DNA of 64,000 bases, taken from assembly GCF_001194135.2 (NCBI RefSeq), contig NC_069008.1, positions 17,551,128 through 17,615,127 of the forward strand, written 5' to 3'. A program made the translations under genes and the position numbers. A model generated the notes under the pieces. It did not search any database. It saw only the letters and a list, made by a program, of their open reading frames with translations, and was not told the origin of the DNA. Below, piece by piece: positions 1 through 13,900 of the stretch (its first letter is position 1; every line of letters starts with the position of its first letter). The stretch is from Octopus bimaculoides (Eukaryota).

Positions 1-175
1 CACCACCCACAGATCTGGTCGGTGGCTTTCAGCAGGTTGTCCCGCAGAAATCTCCAATTGCCTTCCACGTTGTATGATGCTATATCCCCTTCTATTTCGT
101 TAAATGCTTCAAGTAACTTGTCTCTGTCCATTTGCAGGGTCTTTAAGCTTCCACACCCTTCTCCTCCAAGCCGGT
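1..175 (-). mobile_element. Degenerate RTE-like LINE ORF fragment (endonuclease-RT linker region)
   Basis: Two frames joined by a frameshift read RRRVWKLKDPAN / DKLLEAFNEIEGDIASYNVEGNWRFLRDNLLKATDQICGW, a pattern typical of RTE-clade ORFs; family assignment is from memory. Confidence 0.6.
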
Positions 176-534
176 ATACATATACATATATACACATACA
201 CACATACATATTTTGGGTTGCTTAAATGAAAATATTTAATGAGACCCCCATGTAACTCCTGGCAGAGACCTGAAACTCTACCGGTGTGTTCAGTTACTAC
301 TTCTAAACACACTTACCTGCTGGACAATCAAAGAAGCAACAACTTTAAAGAGATATAATTACAATATTTAAATTTATTTCAATTATTGGGCAGAATTTGA
401 ATTCAGAAAGTAAAGACAGCTGGACATCGATGGTGGTGGCCACATTTGAACCCTTGAAAAACAAGAAATACAAGTTGACTGTGAGTAAATACTTTTGACT
501 CCGCTGGAGTTTTCTCTTGCTTTCCTTTATTAAA

Positions 535-2405
535 ATATTTCTTTATTGCCCACAGGGGGCTAAACATAGAGGGGACAAACAAGGGAATTAAGTCGATTAC
601 ATCGACCCCAGTGCGTAACTGGTACTTATTTAATCAACCCTGAAAGAAAAGGCAAAGTCAACCTCGGCGGAATTTGAACTCAGAACGTATTGGCAGACGA
701 AATACCGCTAAGCATTTCGCCCGGTGCGCTGACGATTCTTGCCACCCCTATTAAAATACTGCATAATGAAATTGGTTCATTCTTGTTGAATAACCGTCCA
801 ACAAAGCCCCCATCGACCATTAAGGGTAGCGGGTGTCCTTCGGTACCATTCCAATCGGTGTGTGANNNNNNNNNNNNNNNNNNNNNNNNNNNNNNNNNNN
901 NNNNNNNNNNNNNNNNNNNNNNNNNNNNNNNNNNNNNNNNNNNNNNNNNNNNNNNNNNNNNNNNNNNNNNNNNNNNNNNNNNNNNNNNNNNNNNNNNNNN
1001 NNNNNNNNNNNNNNNNNNNNNNNNNNNNNNNNNNNNNNNNNNNNNNNNNNNNNNNNNNNNNNNNNNNNNNNNNNNNNNNNNNNNNNNNNNNNNNNNNNNN
1101 NNNNNNNNNNNNNNNNNNNNNNNNNNNNNNNNNNNNNNNNNNNNNNNNNNNNNNNNNNNNNNNNNNNNNNNNNNNNNNNNNNNNNNNNNNNNNNNNNNNN
1201 NNNNNNNNNNNNNNNNNNNNNNNNNNNNNNNNNNNNNNNNNNNNNNNNNNNNNNNNNNNNNNNNNNNNNNNNNNNNNNNNNNNNNNNNNNNNNNNNNNNN
1301 NNNNNNNNNNNNNNNNNNNNNNNNNNNNNNNNNNNNNNNNNNNNNNNNNNNNNNNNNNNNNNNNNNNNNNNNNNNNNNNNNNNNNNNNNNNNNNNNNNNN
1401 NNNNNNNNNNNNNNNCAAAGTTGATTAAATTGACCTCTGTTCTTATTCCATCAACCCCGAAAGGATGAAAGACCACCGCAGTGAGATTTGAACTCCGAAT
1501 GTCAAGAGGGACAAAATGCTAAGCATTTTTTTTTGTCTGGCAATGCCAACCATTCTGCCAACATGCTGCCTTAAAAATAATGATAATAACCCCTTTTACA
1601 ACAGGTACAAGGCCTGGAATTTGTGGAGAGTAGGGTTAGTCAACCACATCGATCCCGGTAATTGATTGGTACTTCATTTATCGACCCCTGAAAGGATGAA
1701 AAGCAAAGTCGACCTCAGCAGAATTTGAACTCCAAATGTAACAATTGGACAGAATGCCACTAAGCATAACAGTCCTTTCTACTAGAGGCACACAGCCTCA
1801 AGTTTGGTGGGAAGAGACCAGTTGATTACATCAACCCCAGTGTTTTACTGGTACTTAATTTATTGACCCCGAAAGGATGAAAAGGTGAAGTTGACCTCGG
1901 TGGAATTTGAACACCAAACGTTAAGATGGGCAAAATGCCACAAAGCATTGTTAACAATTCTGCCAGCACCAGAGTATTTCGGTTCAATACGACCCAGTCC
2001 GAAGAATTTGGAAATGCCCTACAATCTTGGTGTATTGTAAAAACTAGATTTCTCTGGAACTGCACAAAGTACAGTTTAAAGTCCTTGTTGTGACTTGGCA
2101 GAAAATATGAATCCCTGATATTCACAATATCTTTTATCTACATCATAATATTGGATACTGTATAACATCCTCAACAATAATAATAATAAGCTTTTCTATT
2201 ATAGGCACAAGGCCAGGAATTTGGAGGAGGGAACTAGTCGATTACAGCGATCCCAATGCTCAACTGGTACTTAATTTATCGACCCGAAAAAGGATGAAAG
2301 GCAAAGTTGACCTCGGCGGAATTTGAGCTCAGAACGTAGCAGCAGATGAAATACCGTCAAGCATTTCGTCCAGTGTGCTAACAATTCTGCCAGATCGCCG
2401 CCTTA
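535..2405 (-). mobile_element. Cluster of about 5 copies of tRNA-derived SINE family A (about 535-745, 1430-1570, 1590-1770, 1775-1965, 2180-2405)
   Basis: Shared core ctggtacttaatttatcgaccccgaaaggatgaaaggcaaagtcgacctcggcggaatttgaactcagaac; on the minus strand A-box-like TGGCAGAATCG and B-box-like GAGTTCAAATT, with (TTA)n tails. Confidence 0.85.
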
Positions 2406-2449
2406 TAATAATAATAATAATATTATAACAATAACAATTGCTTCTTCCA

Positions 2450-3828
2450 GTTAAAAAAACAACAACAAAAAACAATCTGTAGGTATGTACGTTCATTTAT
2501 CAACATAGTTTGCTGGTTGTGTATATAAGATGTACCAGGGTGTAGAATGAAGCAACAATAGTTTCGATGAAGGGTATATCTGTATGTATACATATATAGA
2601 CGTGTATGTGTGTATATATATTGAAATGTGTATACTCACACACAAAACGTTTGTGTGTGTGTGTGTGTGTGTGTTTGGATCAATTGGGAAGAGTCAGAAA
2701 GGTGTGAGAGAAACGGTAATATATTTTTTCAACTATACGTACCTTTATTTTACCATAATTAATATCGTTATCATCATTATAACAAATGAGCTGAACATAA
2801 AGACAATAAATCCTTCGTATTCATTTTAAACAGTTTTAAAGATAAATTGATGCATCACATGAGCTGGAAAATATCGTGTATATACATGTGTGTGTGTGTG
2901 TGTGTGTATGTATATATATATATATACATACACACAGCTATATATGTATATATATATATATATATATAGCTATAGATATACATATACACACACAGCTATA
3001 TATATGTGTATGTATATTTATTCACACACAACTATATATATGTGTACTTATATATATATAACATCTCTATATGTATATATATACCTATATATACACACAC
3101 ACAGATGTATGTGCTTGTATATGTACATATACACCCTTTACTACCACATGTGTGCATATATATGTATATGTGTATGTATATATAGTTAGATACATACACA
3201 GACATATAAATATCTATAAAGTTGTGTGTGCGCGTGTATGTATATATATATATATGTATATATACACACACACACATTTGCATTTTTTTCACAGACAATG
3301 CTGGTGATGACAATGGAGTCAGAGAATAGCTCAGACCTGTTCGTCATCGACATCGTCGGTTGTCATCACAACACCTCACTTGGTGCACACACATGCAAAT
3401 TATACATACACACCGCTGGCTGCACGTAACATGCAAACAACTGTGTCTATTCAACATTGTCCAAAAACATCCTTTGACTCTTTCTCTCTCTCTCTCTCCT
3501 TTTGGCAGCAGTGTAAAGAAGAGCGGTGGGGTGTGGGGGCGGAGCAAAGGGTGGTAACACAGGAAGAGAGGGGTGGGGATGGGTGTGTCAGAAGGTCTTA
3601 TCTATTTTCTTTCACTCTTCTGTCTCTGCCCTCTCCTCCAACATGGAGGCAGATGTGAGGGAAGAGGGGTGCGGGAGCGGGGGAAGCACAGTGGTCTCCA
3701 TTTTATTTTAAAAAAATTTTCAGCTTTTTCCTTCGTTTTTCCTGGTTACAATTTTTTATATCTTGATGTATATCTATCAAACACAAATTTGCACATATAT
3801 GTGTGTGTGTGTGCATACATACATATGT

Positions 3829-3861
<33 letters not shown>

Positions 3862-5252
3862 GATAGATTTGGTGATACAAACAGGAAAACAGACCTCAGA
3901 GCACAGGTGTATATATTTATTTGTTAGAAGCTACAAAACGACTCAGGTGTTGAGAGTTTTGTGTAGTGTGGCACTTGCTAAAGTGACAACGCATGAAACT
4001 TCCAGCTCCTGAGCCACCTTGCCACTTCTGTCAATTATTTATATACATACATACGTGTGTGTGTACACCTGTATCAATCAAGGCCTACACCTGAAGGCCA
4101 CCTCTCATTAGTTGACACAAGGTCGATCCTATCTGCAGCTGTTACTCACTTGCCTGCAACAACATAAATGTGCGACCCCCATAGATACTCGAGTGCCACA
4201 CCCTAATGTTTAGGGCACACAATTTCAATACATATATAACATATACTCACACACAAACACATGTATGTACATACACAGGCTTAAAGCCAGTATACTGTTG
4301 CTACTTTTGAGACGTCTCCTGTTTTCTTCTGTAATTCGGTGCATTTACTCAAAAGCTCAAGCAATCTCTCTTTTGTTGCCAGAACCAACAAACGCAAGGG
4401 CAAGATGCTCTGAGTAACAAATGAAATGACTCTTTAGCTTAGTGAATAAATGATGCTCCCTACATGCCATTGTACAGTTTTACTCCTGTTTTATACAATC
4501 ATATATTGTATGTAATATATATATATATATATATATACTGCTTTATTAAATTTGCCTAAACGATATAACAGGGCACTGCTATATACATGTGCATATATAT
4601 ATATGTAATTTATTTTGGGGTTAGCAAGGCTGTCATTGGTTTGATGTTGGGAGAAATCTCAACAATATTCCAGCCTTTGACATGAAACTAATGGTAGCCT
4701 TGTTAACCCGTAATTACAGAATATTTATCCACCAATGCGATGTTGAGCACTCATTCTTGTTTGATATTAACCGTGTATATATATATATATATATATATAC
4801 ATATACACACAAAAGTATTCTATATGTATTGTAATACCATTTGCAATCAATATACATATATATATATATATATACACACACACATACATATAGATGGAAA
4901 GGTTTGATAATGAAATAAACTTATAAAAAATTTATTTTAAAAATTAAAAAGAGGAAAAATATAAAATAAATTCAAAATAACAAAAAAAAAACAACCCCCA
5001 ACAGAAAGAAATATGTAAGAAGGGGGATAATATTTAGGACCATCATGGAGTTTGAAATTTTAGCAGCAGTGTTTAATGTGTTGTGTGCACGTGTGTGTGT
5101 GTGTGTATGTATATATATACACAAACATATATATATACATACATACATACACACACAATAGACACATATCTAATAATAATATTTATATACACAGATATAT
5201 CTCGCACACATAATAGATGTGTAAAAAGGAGTTTAAAATAGAGAGCGAGGGN
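2450..5252 (-). other. Probable talin 3' UTR region (extent unknown)
   Basis: Non-coding, microsatellite-rich sequence directly downstream of the gap holding the stop codon; several AATAAA hexamers on the minus strand; cleavage site cannot be placed. Confidence 0.35.
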
Positions 5253-5689
5253 NNNNNNNNNNNNNNNNNNNNNNNNNNNNNNNNNNNNNNNNNNNNNNNN
5301 NNNNNNNNNNNNNNNNNNNNNNNNNNNNNNNNNNNNNNNNNNNNNNNNNNNNNNNNNNNNNNNNNNNNNNNNNNNNNNNNNNNNNNNNNNNNNNNNNNNN
5401 NNNNNNNNNNNNNNNNNNNNNNNNNNNNNNNNNNNNNNNNNNNNNNNNNNNNNNNNNNNNNNNNNNNNNNNNNNNNNNNNNNNNNNNNNNNNNNNNNNNN
5501 NNNNNNNNNNNNNNNNNNNNNNNNNNNNNNNNNNNNNNNNNNNNNNNNNNNNNNNNNNNNNNNNNNNNNNNNNNNNNNNNNNNNNNNNNNNNNNNNNNNN
5601 NNNNNNNNNNNNNNNNNNNNNNNNNNNNNNNNNNNNNNNNNNNNNNNNNNNNNNNNNNNNNNNNNNNNNNNNNNNNNNNNNNNNNNNNN

Positions 5690-5737
5690 GTCGAGCTCTT
5701 TTTCTTTCCGCAGAATTTCTTCCTGTGCCATAATTTC
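5690..5737 (-). CDS. TLN1: Talin last visible exon, partial ([16 protein letters not shown]...), dimerisation helix; runs into an N gap
   Basis: ctttttctttcag acceptor; resembles IIAAQEEMLRKERELE; truncated by the gap 5253-5689. Confidence 0.93.
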
Positions 5738-7346
5738 CTGAAAGAAAAAGATTAAATAAATGAATAAAATACAATTTTTTTTTTTATACTTGTTTCAGTC
5801 ATTTGACTGTGGCCATGCTGGAGCACCGCCTTTAGTCAATCAAATCAACCCCCGGGACTTATTCTTTGTAAGCCTAGTACTTATTTTATCGGTGTCTTTT
5901 GCCGAATTGCTAAGTTGTAAACACAGACACACAAACATATATATGGCTATAGTAGAAGACACTTGCCCAAGATGCCATGCAGTGGGACTGAACCCAGAAA
6001 CATGTGGTTGGAAAGCAAGCTACTTACCACACAGCCATTCCTATANNNNNNNNNNNNNNNNNNNNNNNNNNNNNNNNNNNNNNNNNNNNNNNNNNNNNNN
6101 NNNNNNNNNNNNNNNNNNNNNNNNNNNNNNNNNNNNNNNNNNNNNNNNNNNNNNNNNNNNNNNNNNNNNNNNNNNNNNNNNNNNNNNNNNNNNNNNNNNN
6201 NNNNNNNNNNNNNNNNNNNNNNNNNNNNNNNNNNNNNNNNNNNNNNNNNNNNNNNNNNNNNNNNNNNNNNNNNNNNNNNNNNNNNNNNNNNNNNNNNNNN
6301 NNNNNNNNNNNNNNNNNNNNNNNNNNNNNNNNNNNNNNNNNNNNNNNNNNNNNNNNNNNNNNNNNNNNNNNNNNNNNNNNNNNNNNNNNNNNNNNNNNNN
6401 NNNNNNNNNNNNNNNNNNNNNNNNNNNNNNNNNNNNNNNNNNNNNNNNNNNNNNNNNNNNNNNNNNNNNNNNNNNNNNNNNNNNNNNNNNNNNNNNNNNN
6501 NNNNNNNNNNNNNNNNNNNNNNNNNNNNNNNNNNNNNNNNNNNNNNNNNNNNNNNNNNNNNNNNNNNNNNNNNNNNNNNNNNNNNNNNNNNNNNNNNNNN
6601 NNNNNNNNNNNNNNNNNNTTACTCATTTTGCCCCGCTTCCCCATCACTCGTCCACTCACTCACTCATTCCCTCCCCTCACCCAGCCACACAGCTCATTCA
6701 TTCACCAAATGCCATAACCACCACCACCACCACCACAAACCCCCTCATCTCTTCCAACTCAACTCCCTTAAAAAAAAACATCACAAACACAGCCACAGTA
6801 AAACAAAAAAATAAAAAAATAACGAATAAAAATTAGTGGAAAGATTGTCCCACGAACCTGCAATCTTCGCATTGAGATTGAACCGGCATCAGCCTTCACT
6901 TTGCACGCCACCAAGAGGGCAGCGGTCGAACCAGCAACTTCCTTCGCTGATGCGATTAATTTTTCTTCACTTGCCTGACCCTGCACCATTGCATTAGCAG
7001 CCTCACACAGGCTTTGAGTTGCAGCTGCTACACGGCGAGCCTGCAAAAAAAGAGAAAGCAGAGAAACATCATCACCATTGTCATTTAATGCCCAGAATAA
7101 AATATATATATATACATATGTATGTATGCAGCAATTTACAGTTGATAACCAATGAATTTTTTACAATGTGTGTGTGTGTGTACTCTGTTCTCTTTATTCC
7201 TCTCTCTCTCTCCTCATCTGTCCTTTTTGTAGAAGAGCGAACGCTCAAAATGTTAAGAACTTCTTTGAATTTTCCTGATTATGAGCCTAATAAACCCTGT
7301 TTGTTCTTTTAACGTCATTCTCATGTTTTTTTTTTTTAACTTATAC

Positions 7347-7381
<35 letters not shown>

Positions 7382-7891
7382 GAAGCTACAAAGCTTCATA
7401 TATATATATGAGTGCCATTTGCGTGACACCAGTACCTCTGTAACAGAATGGAATCAAGTGCTTCCCCTGACGATTCATTGTGGTTAGGCATTTGGATAGT
7501 CTAATGCTCAGTTATAAATAACTGCTATGGTGAAACATGTAGCAACTAATAATTTTACACCAGTGTTTATTTTGATTTCTATTTTTCTGAAGGAGTGTAC
7601 AAGAGTTCAGAGAGTACAGGTGAATTAAATCAGAGTACAAGAGGGTAAGAAAAGTGAGTACTTACTGCAGAAATTAAGCCCTGAGACCACTGGCCATCTT
7701 CGTCCAGGGTAGACTTTGAGTATGAAGCGGACACCTAGGGAAGAATGAAAGACACAACATCAGTTTATAAACAAATAGGTTTCATTATAACTCTATGGTC
7801 ATTCAACATGCTGGAAATAACCAAATCCTCCTTAAATTAGAGAGTAACAATATTAAAAAATGGTTTGGTGTATATACATACATTATTTAGG

Positions 7892-7930
<39 letters not shown>

Positions 7931-10900
7931 CTGACAATATTTAGTGTTTATATATATACATATAGGTGCAGGCATGGCTGTGTGGTAAGAAGTTTGCTTC
8001 CCAACCACATGGTCCCAGGTTCAGTGCCACTGCACGGCACCTTGGGTAAGTGTCTTCTGCTATGTAGGATGGAATATTTCCTAGAACAGAAGACAAAAGC
8101 TAGTCCTTGAGAAGCAGTTTTTGTTACAGCAAGGCTCTGCATTCTTCAGGTGAGACCCTTAGTAGCTTATATCATTCCTAGCTATGAATATGGCTGTAGA
8201 TTGGACTTAATCTAAGAGAATTTACTTTGAATATTTCTAATTATTTTAATTAAATCAATGAATGTCTGCAGGTTTCTGTTACCTTTCCTTGGAGTATTAA
8301 TTCCTTCTGTGCAGCAGATGCTGACTTTACAAGGGCAGCTGTTGCAGTTGCAATAGATTTCGCTGCTTCCAGAATCTGTTCTTCGAATCCCAGGCTCTCG
8401 TCAGCTGTCTGGAAGTAGAAATAGGGTTAGAAGATGGATGGAAGGGGATAGCGGAAAGAGAGAAAATAGAGATAGAAATAGTAGACAGAATATATCAAAT
8501 GAATAGAGATGACAATTGTAGACAAAAGAAGACAGATGGAAGGTGATGGTAAGGGCCAGACATAAGAAGACAAGTAGAAGGAGATAGTAAGGGACAGGTG
8601 GAAGGAAGAAGAAAGTAGTAGTTACAGATAGAAGATAAATGAAGAGTGATGACAAAAGTGGACAGATACAAGAAGACAGGAAGAAGGAAAGAGAGAACAG
8701 ATAGAAATATTTGACAGACGAGAGAGAAGGGAGACAGTAATAGTAGACAGAAGGTAACAAATGAAGAGAGACGACAATAGGAGAGAGAAAGGGACAGATG
8801 ACAAAACAAGATGGAAGAAATCGAGAGAAGATAAAGGAAGGGGTGAGAAGAAAGACAAGAAATTAAAAAAAACAGATTCAATGAAAATCAAAAAAATACC
8901 AGACTAATACAAACAATCCTGAAGATAAATTTTGTGTAGATTGGGAGACAGAAATTGTGGCAGGGCCTTTGTGCGGGTGACACGTAAAAGCACCCACTAC
9001 ACTCTCTGAGTGGTTGGCGTTAGGAAGGGCATCCAGCTGTAGAAACTCTGCCAAATCAGATTGGAGCCTGGTGTAGCCATCTGGTTTCACCAGTCCTCAG
9101 TCAAATCGTCCAACCCATGCTAGCATGGAAAGTGGATGTTAAACGACGACGGTGAGGAGAGTTCTTGCTTCCATCTTTGTACTGCAAGGGTTGCTTAGCA
9201 ACTGTACTAGCTGAGGAGACAGGTTGGTTGGTTAGGGAGAGATTGAATTCAGGCAACCAGTTGGTGCTTGTAAAGAATGTGTTCTATCAAGAGCTGTATG
9301 TATGTTAGCAGGTGGGGGGGGGGCGATATGGCTAGATGATGTTTAGTATTGTAGGGATAGATGTCCAGGAGATGTGCTTTGTTCTCTTGGGTTCTACCTC
9401 TGGACACTGTGTCCTTTCTGGGAGTTGTTCGGAGTCCTGGTGTCTATGTTGGGGAGCTGCGATTTGTCCTGGAGGTGTATATCAGGGAGCTGCGCTGTGT
9501 CATAAGGTGTATGTCAAGGAACTGTAACATGTGTGGCTCATCCACATTACTTTGGAAGGAGCCTGGGGCTGGTTTCATGGCTTCTCTGGCACCAATGGAC
9601 AGGATGATGGTCTATTACAGGATCACTCATTTTTGTCACCTGAGTGGATTGGAACAAAGTGAGATGAAGTGTCTTGCTCAAGAACACAACAAATCACCCG
9701 ATCAAGGAATCGAAACCACAATCTTATGATCATGAGTCCAACACCCTAACTGCTAAACCAAATGTCTAAGGAAGACTACGACGCCTGAGACTATGTGCAG
9801 GAGCTGAGCTGTGTTTATGAAGAGTGCATGTACAGGAACCGTACTAAGTCAAAGAGGTGTATGTCAGAGGGGTGTACATCCAGGAGTTATCCTGTCATGG
9901 GCTGCACATACATTAACTGTGTTTTGTCATGGTATGTGAACATCTTGCAGCTGTGTTGTACCAGCAGTGTATGTCCAGAATTTGCTGTGTTTAGAGGAGT
10001 CTAAAATAAGGGGGCACATGTGATATAGTTCTGCTGTGTTATAGCAGTGTACGCTCGAGAGCAGGGCTCTATTGCGACCGTGCTAAATCAATTGGGTGTG
10101 TGTCAGAGACCTCTGCTGTATTATTGCAGTGTGCGCCCATGGGCAGTGCTGCGTCAAGGATTGTATGTGGGGTTGACTGTGTTGTGTTATGGAGGTGCAA
10201 GTCCAGGAGTTGTGCCACGTCTCGGGAACCATGTCTGGAAGCAGTGCTGCGCTGAAAGGTTGTACGTCCAGTGCGGGAAAGTGTGTTTGCTGCAGTGGCC
10301 TACCGCGACACGGACATGATTGATACTTGGTGGACTTAGGATATTGAACCACCAAAAAATATCAAACATATCTGGTCAAGGCATCCATCATCACCACCAT
10401 CACCATCATTGTTGTCCTAAAAAAAGATTTTTTTAAAGAAATTCACTTGCACATGTAGGCACGGGGAACCTCAACACCCATGGGCCCAGGAGCAGGGCAG
10501 CTTGAAGTTAGGTTTCTTCACAAAGAACAAAAATATAAAAAAAATAAAACAAGACCTTGTTTGTAAAAATTTTTGGACCTGGGTTCCCCCCACCCTCCAA
10601 TTAATGCTGTTCCTGGGCCAGTGGCAATGAAGGTACAAAGGAAAACAACTTACTTTCGCAGCTTGACGGGGTTGCAACTGGGCGAGTTTTTTCGCAGCAG
10701 CTTCAATTGAGCTTGCTGCACCACGGAGTTCATTTTCTGCAATAACTGTCGGGTCACCATAATCAACCCAATTAGGCCCTGTTTAATTTTGGTAATGAAT
10801 TAAAAAGAAATTAAAATTATTTACATAAAATCACAAAAACAATTGCTGCAAAAACAAACCAAAAAAAAAAAATGGTTAAAATGACTTATTATTAATAATA

Positions 10901-13900
10901 ATCATGATAATTATATAGTCTTTCGCAGCTATTTGACGAATTTAAAAATAGATTTTAATAACAACATCAAAGAGAAGTGTAAAATAGTTTAGCATCAGTC
11001 ATGCAAAAAAAAAAAAAAAAGCAATACTAAAAAAGTGAAGAGTTTATTGTCATTAATTAGTAATTAGTTAAATATATTATTATTTTTATTATTATTGTAT
11101 TTCCCAGCATTGCAGACACTATACGATGTTTCCCCTAAAATGTCTTGAAAATTTAATTATGAGAATTATTATTACTTTTAAAAAATAATGCTTTGTTTTG
11201 CATTTATTTGAATGAATTTAGAAATAAAATAATTTGAAAATAAAACAAAATGGTTGAATATACTTAAATAAAGAGTTTATTATTCATTAACTATTATTAT
11301 TGTGGAGGGGCAATGGCCCAGTGGTTAGGACAGCGGACTTGGAATCATAAGATCGTGGTTTCAATTCCAAGACTGGGCGTCGTGAGTGTTTATTGAGCGA
11401 AAACACCAAAAGCTCCGGCAGGGGGTGGTGGCGAACCCTGCTGTACCAGCACAGACACGACTATCAACACACACTACACATACTCTCGACCTTCTATTGG
11501 TCTATTTATAATGGCTGGTTACTACCACATTTTACTGAGAGGAGTGTACAGTTTCACTATACAACAGTCACCAAGGGACATGCTCAACTGGTTACGGTCA
11601 AACGACTGACAAGTAAGTCTGTGGTATTGAGCAGAATATTTGCTGTAGTCCCATCTTTTTATACCAAGACAAAACAATGTACATAACACTTCCAATCAGT
11701 TCAGATCAGAAGCCATGAGAGCCACTGCCTGGTACTGCATCCGGGCATTAGCAAATCTGTGGTATTGAGCAGAATATTTGCTGTAGCCCATCTTTTATAC
11801 TAAGACAAAACAATGTACATGACAACACTTCCAATCAGTTAAGATAAGAAGCCATGAGAGCCACTGCCTGGTATTGCATCCGGGCATTTTATTTATTATT
11901 ATTATTATTACTACTGTATTCCTCAATGCTGAAGGCATGACGTTCACCTTCCAAACGTCTGAGCATAAGTCGAGGGTTTATTGTGTGTTCTAAAAGGACA
12001 AGGGTTACACTTTAAATTGAAGCGACCCTCATCCTTAGACCTCTCACTCATTCTCCCGTTTAACACCAGGCGATGGTCATCTTCACTAAACTTACCATGT
12101 CTCCCCACTGTACTGTAAAAGAAGAAAAACACAAATGCAGACTGTAAGTGAGTCACAGGACCTGTATTGCTAATCCCCTAATTTTACTGTGGATATTAAC
12201 AATTTAAACACAATCATAATAAATTCAGAGCAAATAGTTACATTTCTAGATAAAGAAAAAAAAAAGTTATTTCTAAAAGTCACAATTAATTGAAAAGATA
12301 CAAATTCAGATTAAATAAATTAAAATCCAGTGAGTCATTGTATTGACGGGATCAATGCTTCTTGATCCCCCTCCCCCCCTTTTTTTAAACCCTATGGACC
12401 CCTTTGATACCCGTTTCATTCTACTGGACCCTCGTACCCATTCAGGGTTTCAAAAAATCCTATTATATCCTTATAATCAAATTTTGTTAGGAATTCTATT
12501 AAGAAAAATTGTTAAAATATTTTGTGGATCTGTAGAAGTAGAGCCGATTAATTCTTTTATTTCTTTTACTTGTTTCAGTCATTTGACTTCGGGCCATGCT
12601 GGAGCATTGCCTCAAGTCGAATAAATCAACCCCAGGACTTATTCTATTCATCTCTTTTGTCAAATTGCTAAGTTATGGTGTTGTAAATACACCAACATCA
12701 GTTGTCAAGCAATGGCTGGGAGACAAACACAGACACACAAATACATATATATATATATATATGTATGTATATATATATATACGATGGGCTTCTTTCAGTT
12801 TCCATCTACCAAATCCACTCACAAGGCTTTGGTCAGCCCGAGATTATAGTAGAAGACACTTGCCCACGGTGCCACACAGTGGGACTGAACCCGGAACCAT
12901 GTGGTTGGTTTTTACCACATAGCCACTCCTGTGCCTTATTGCAGATAAATTTTAACAACAAAATCTAATATGGGTCCCTGAGGGCTGGATGGATCCTAGT
13001 TGAGAATCACTGGTCCAAACTATCAGATGTTAAACACCACTGGCCACAATGTGCTTCCAATTCTTAATTTATCTACCCCGAAAGGATGAAAGGCAAAAAT
13101 CGACCTTAGCGGAATTTGAACTCAGAACGTAAAGACAGACAAAATACTGCTAAGCATCTCGCCCGGCGTGCTAACGATTCTACCAGCTCGCTGGTCTTGA
13201 AGATTATTGCAAGAAGATTTATCTTATGGTCTTGAAGATTATTGCAAGTGAAATGGGTGGACGATGATCAATAGGACAGAAATGCTTTGTACATTAAAGG
13301 AAAAAAAGTATGTGAAGTTTAACAATGGAAAGAAACAAAAATTAAATTAAATGGAAGGAAATTCAATTATAAGTTTTAAAATGTAAAAAGAAACAATTGT
13401 TAAAGAATTATCTCTTGTACTTGGAAATACATGAAATATATGCAAATGTGAAATGTATACAAGAATCTAATCTACGTACAATCATCATAGAATATATGCA
13501 CAAACATGGAACACAGTAAGTTAACTGCAACAAATTAAATTTTAAAAAAAATTATGTCATATGCATTAATGTGTGTGTGTAATGTATTGGGGTCCACTGT
13601 GAAATTTATGCAGGAACATTACATATTTGTACAAGTGTAAAACTTATTATTAAGAAAGGTGCAACCTGTTAACATCCTGTGAAATTTAAGGACTAAACAT
13701 GCAAGAGGAGTGTAATTGAGTAACTGTGAAATGTATGCAGGAATATGTAAGTATAGTTAAATCAACGGGGGAATGTAATAAAGGAAACAAATATTCGTGT
13801 AATTTGCATAGAAAATGTAGAAAAAACATGGCTGCATCACAATGAAATGTGTGCAGAAATTTAATCACTATTTTAAAACAGACTTGCGCACGTGTTATGT

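Noticed and set aside
780-865. Unique-looking sequence at the edge of the first gap
   Set aside because: Too short to assign; no recognisable frame or splice pattern.
11305-11380. tRNA genes at SINE heads (also about 7970, 24010 and 61105)
   Set aside because: They have A/B boxes but no complete cloverleaf, and each continues into a multi-copy SINE body.
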